From NCBI GenBank assembly GCA_963693365.1, contig CAVNZM010000013.1, forward strand, positions 6,772,713-6,836,712: a stretch of DNA of 64,000 nt. Reading direction: 5' to 3'. This stretch comes from Amoebidium appalachense. Lineage: Eukaryota > Protista > Ichthyosporea. Both the position numbers and the translations under genes were made by a program. Under the pieces are notes generated by a model. The model worked only from the letters and a program-made list of their open reading frames with translations, did not search any database and had not been told where the DNA came from. Positions 61,096 to 64,000 of this stretch are shown here, one piece after another. Numbering within the stretch: the first letter of the stretch is position 1; each line of letters begins with the position of its first letter.

Positions 61096-64000
61096 ATGTT
61101 CAGAGAGAGCCAGGAAGAGTTTGAAGATGACCTGTTGCGGGCACTGGATGCCGACCCGCAGCAGGTCCTGCAAGCCCACCCGTTTCTGCAGGCCATGTTG
61201 GCCCCACCACCCCCACCCCCACCCCCTCCCCGACCTCCCCCCCGCCCCCGCCCCCATCAACCACCCCGATGACCCCCAGATCATCGCCATGCCCGCAGAG
61301 GGCAACTGGCGGCTGCGTTCCCGTGTCGATGACATGCAGGCACGGGGACTGGGTGTACGTGGTCACACCCTCGAGTACCAACCCCTGCGCACCCTTGACG
61401 TCACCGAGTTCCCCCAGTTCTTTGCAGCCATGCTGTTCGATGCCATTGCCCGTGCAGATGTGCAGGCGGGGGACATGCTGATTGTGCGTATCATCAGCCT
61501 GCACGTGCAGGCCAACGGTGTGGACAACCAGGTGGGGGATGACGGCAACCCCAATGCCGATGTGACCAACCGTCGTGTGTTTACGGCCGGCCCCATGGAC
61601 GTGTTCAATGGTGATGTCAACGCCGTGGTGCTCAAGCTGATGGAGAACATACGTCAACGTACCCAGAGTGCAGCCGAGACCTTCATGGACGGCAGATCCA
61701 GCGTGCATCTGACAGTGGCCCGGCCCAAGGACATGGTGAGGAGGGGGGCCTGCGGCACCCTGTCCACCACCACGGGGGTGAATGCACGGTGGCTGCAGGA
61801 TCTGGTGGAGGCCAAGGCCGTGGTGGATGTGACCGCCCTGGTGCAGGATGCCTGCACCACCGACGACCCACAGGTGACCGGGGAGACCTGCCTGGACCAT
61901 CAGCAGCTTCACGGCTTTGCCTACGGCCCCAACTGTGCCCAGCTGTGCCTGGTGTACTGCATGGTGATGTGGCTCAAGAAGGCTGCCAATGGCAACGAGC
62001 AGGCCAACCTACCCACCGAGCACACACGCAAGGCGCTGGGCAAGGGGGGCAACCTCATGGATCGCAAGGACCACCACGTGCTGTGCCACCTGCTGACCCC
62101 GGGGGATGTGCTGGGGGTGGGCAACGTCGTCAGATCTTCCGGTTGTGGGGTGTGCAACCTGCTGATGCCCCCACCCAACTACCGTGCCTCCTTCCAGGAC
62201 CGTTACCTGCGGAGACTGGTGAGGGCAACCCGTGTGCTGTGGGCCAAGTACGACCTGCCCGTGCCTGCAGAGGACGGCCTGACGGTGGATGAGCTGGATG
62301 CAGCCGTGGATGCCCTCAACACGGCCATTGCCGAGCAGCCCGAGTCCGTCACCCGCCTGCGGCTGGTGGTGGTGGACATGGACAGCAAGGGCAGGGTGCT
62401 ACGCCGGTACGGGGACCTGAGCACGGCCCTGCCCCCCTCCAAGCTGTGCACCATGTACTTGGCCCACTCCCAGAAGCTGGGGCACTTCACGGCCATCACC
62501 TCGAGTGTCAGCACGGCCATCGAGCGCCTGCGGCACGACAACCACACGGGGGAGGCACGTCGGAGCCTCAGCACCTGCTTCCACTGCAACCAGACCGTGC
62601 AAGCCAAGAACATGGGGGTGCACCGTTGTGTGAACCGGTGTGAGAACTGTGGATCAAAGGGGGACCGCAACGACCAGGCCAACGCCTGTGTGTGGACCCC
62701 CGAGCGCCGTCTGCAGCTTGCACGGGCAGGGGAGGAGGCATGGCCTTACCGTTGTGACGACTGCTGTGGTCTCTTCCCTTCAGCCAAGTGCATGGCCAAC
62801 CACAGCACCAGGCTCAAGGGGGTGGGGGCCAGGGCCGACGGCCGGCAACAATCCTTCTGTGACACCGTGTTCTGGTGCCGGCTGGCCACGTGCACCCACG
62901 GTCTGCAGGGGTACCGGGTGTTTGGCAGTGGGGATGATGCCCGTAGGGTGTGTGTTTCGGGCAACCCTGCCGGCCGGTTCATCTACAAGTTCAAGTACGC
63001 CAGCGTGTGCCGGCTACGTCGGCTGCACACCGCCCAGGAGCAAGGGGGGTACGATGCAGGTGCAGATGCCGGCGCCAACGACGAGGGGGAGGGCTGGGGC
63101 TGGGGCACGGACACGGAGGAGGAGGACTCGGATGCCGAGGGTGCCGACTCAGACCCCCCACCCAGCCTTGCCGACTCGTCGGACGACGAAGGTGACGATG
63201 ATGACAACGGCGATGGCATCGACCTCATGCAGATGTCTGAGGGGGAGGGGGATGACGGGGGTCAGCACGGGGGCAAGAAGAAGGACGACACGTGGACACA
63301 GCACCTGTGCACCGACTACGACTGCAAGGGGTGTGGGGGGTACATGCCCGGCAACCACACGTGCCTCATACGCAGCAAGCGTGACCAGCGACGTGTGTAC
63401 ATGTGCACGCACACGGATGCAGACGGCACGGCGTGCGACAGGGTGGCATGCTACTCCAACGAGCATGGGCAGGGGGAGGAGGGGGAGGAGGGGGAGGGGG
63501 AGGGGGAGGGGTCACCTGCACGGCAGAGGGCCAGGGTGGATGGTGCCGACGGCAGGGTGGGTGCACACGTGTGCAAACGGCACGTGCCCGACGACGATGG
63601 CAGCAGGGGGCCGTGGAAGCAGACCCGACAGCCCATCAGGGACATCGTGCTGGACTTCGAGACCATGCCCGTGCCTGCCCCCGACCACACGGCCGAAAAC
63701 CCCCACTTCATCCACATCGTGTACCTTGCAGTGGCCATGTACGTCGAGCCAATGGACGGCCAGCCCTCAACCCCCATCGTCTTCTGGCCGGAGGACTCTG
63801 CCGACGGCAAGAACGGGTGGGATGTGCTGCTGGAGGACCACCACCACGTGATTGACAAGGTGGTGGCATGGCTGTTCGACACACCAGCCCATGCCGGTGG
63901 CCGGGTGTACTGCCACAACGGCAGTGGCTTTGACTTCCACTTTGTGACCAAGAGGGTGGTGGGCAGCCAGGACTACGTGTACGTGCCCATCATGGCCAAC
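61096..64000 (+). CDS. Protein-primed family B DNA polymerase (N-terminal/terminal-protein region, vOTU-like protease, Cys/His zinc-binding region, 3'-5' exonuclease); runs off the window
   Basis: Frame open from 61082 to 64000 (first in-frame ATG 61127, 958 codons). ATG 61096 joins it if one C is removed from the run near 61222-61226. Motifs GPNCAQLCLVY (61925), GLTVDELD, YLAHSQKLGHFTAITS (62480), CFHC..HRC..CENC..CDDC..F.S.KC..NH, HLCTDYDCKGC..NHTC, ExoI VLDFET (63653), ExoII YCHNGSGFDFHFV (63914). Confidence 0.9.

Larger units (their letters stand above)
60318..64000 (+). mobile_element. Left end of a Polinton/Maverick/adintovirus-like endogenous DNA virus
   Basis: Abrupt junction inside the RNase T2 gene, 5'-AG start, terminal hairpin and short repeats, then a GC-rich, intronless, microsatellite-free ORF with pPolB motifs. 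The left boundary is inferred and the right end is outside the window. Confidence 0.8.

Noticed and set aside
61084-63951. Listed ORFs over the GC-rich end (e.g. 62640-63851 +, 61100-61912 -)
   Set aside because: Alternative-frame or antisense shadows of the unlisted pPolB frame, caused by high GC3.

Overview
Eukaryotic, intron-rich DNA whose introns are packed with (CA)n/(GT)n, (GA)n and 15-45 nt poly-C/poly-G tracts, so most ORFs in the supplied track are microsatellite artefacts. A unicellular holozoan (ichthyosporean-like) source is plausible but cannot be proven from the sequence. Hand-splicing (GT-AG, phase-checked) gives these host genes: an intronless pectin acetylesterase/Notum-family hydrolase, a single gene of at least 12 exons with 24 C2H2 zinc fingers, a BCDIN3D/Bin3-type RNA 5'-phosphate methyltransferase, a divergently transcribed eIF2-alpha kinase, a large coiled-coil protein whose middle exons appear inverted, a two-domain TPR co-chaperone, and a secreted RNase T2 cut off mid-domain. 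Mobile DNA: a TA-flanked Tc1/mariner-type MITE; a 5'-truncated Penelope-like reverse transcriptase (no C-terminal endonuclease) inserted in poly-C; a family of short poly-C-anchored intronic elements; and, from about 60318 to the window end, the left end of a Polinton/Maverick/adintovirus-like element. That element has a terminal hairpin, a CCAAT-box array and a >950-codon protein-primed PolB ORF that the ORF track omits because it has no stop inside the window.
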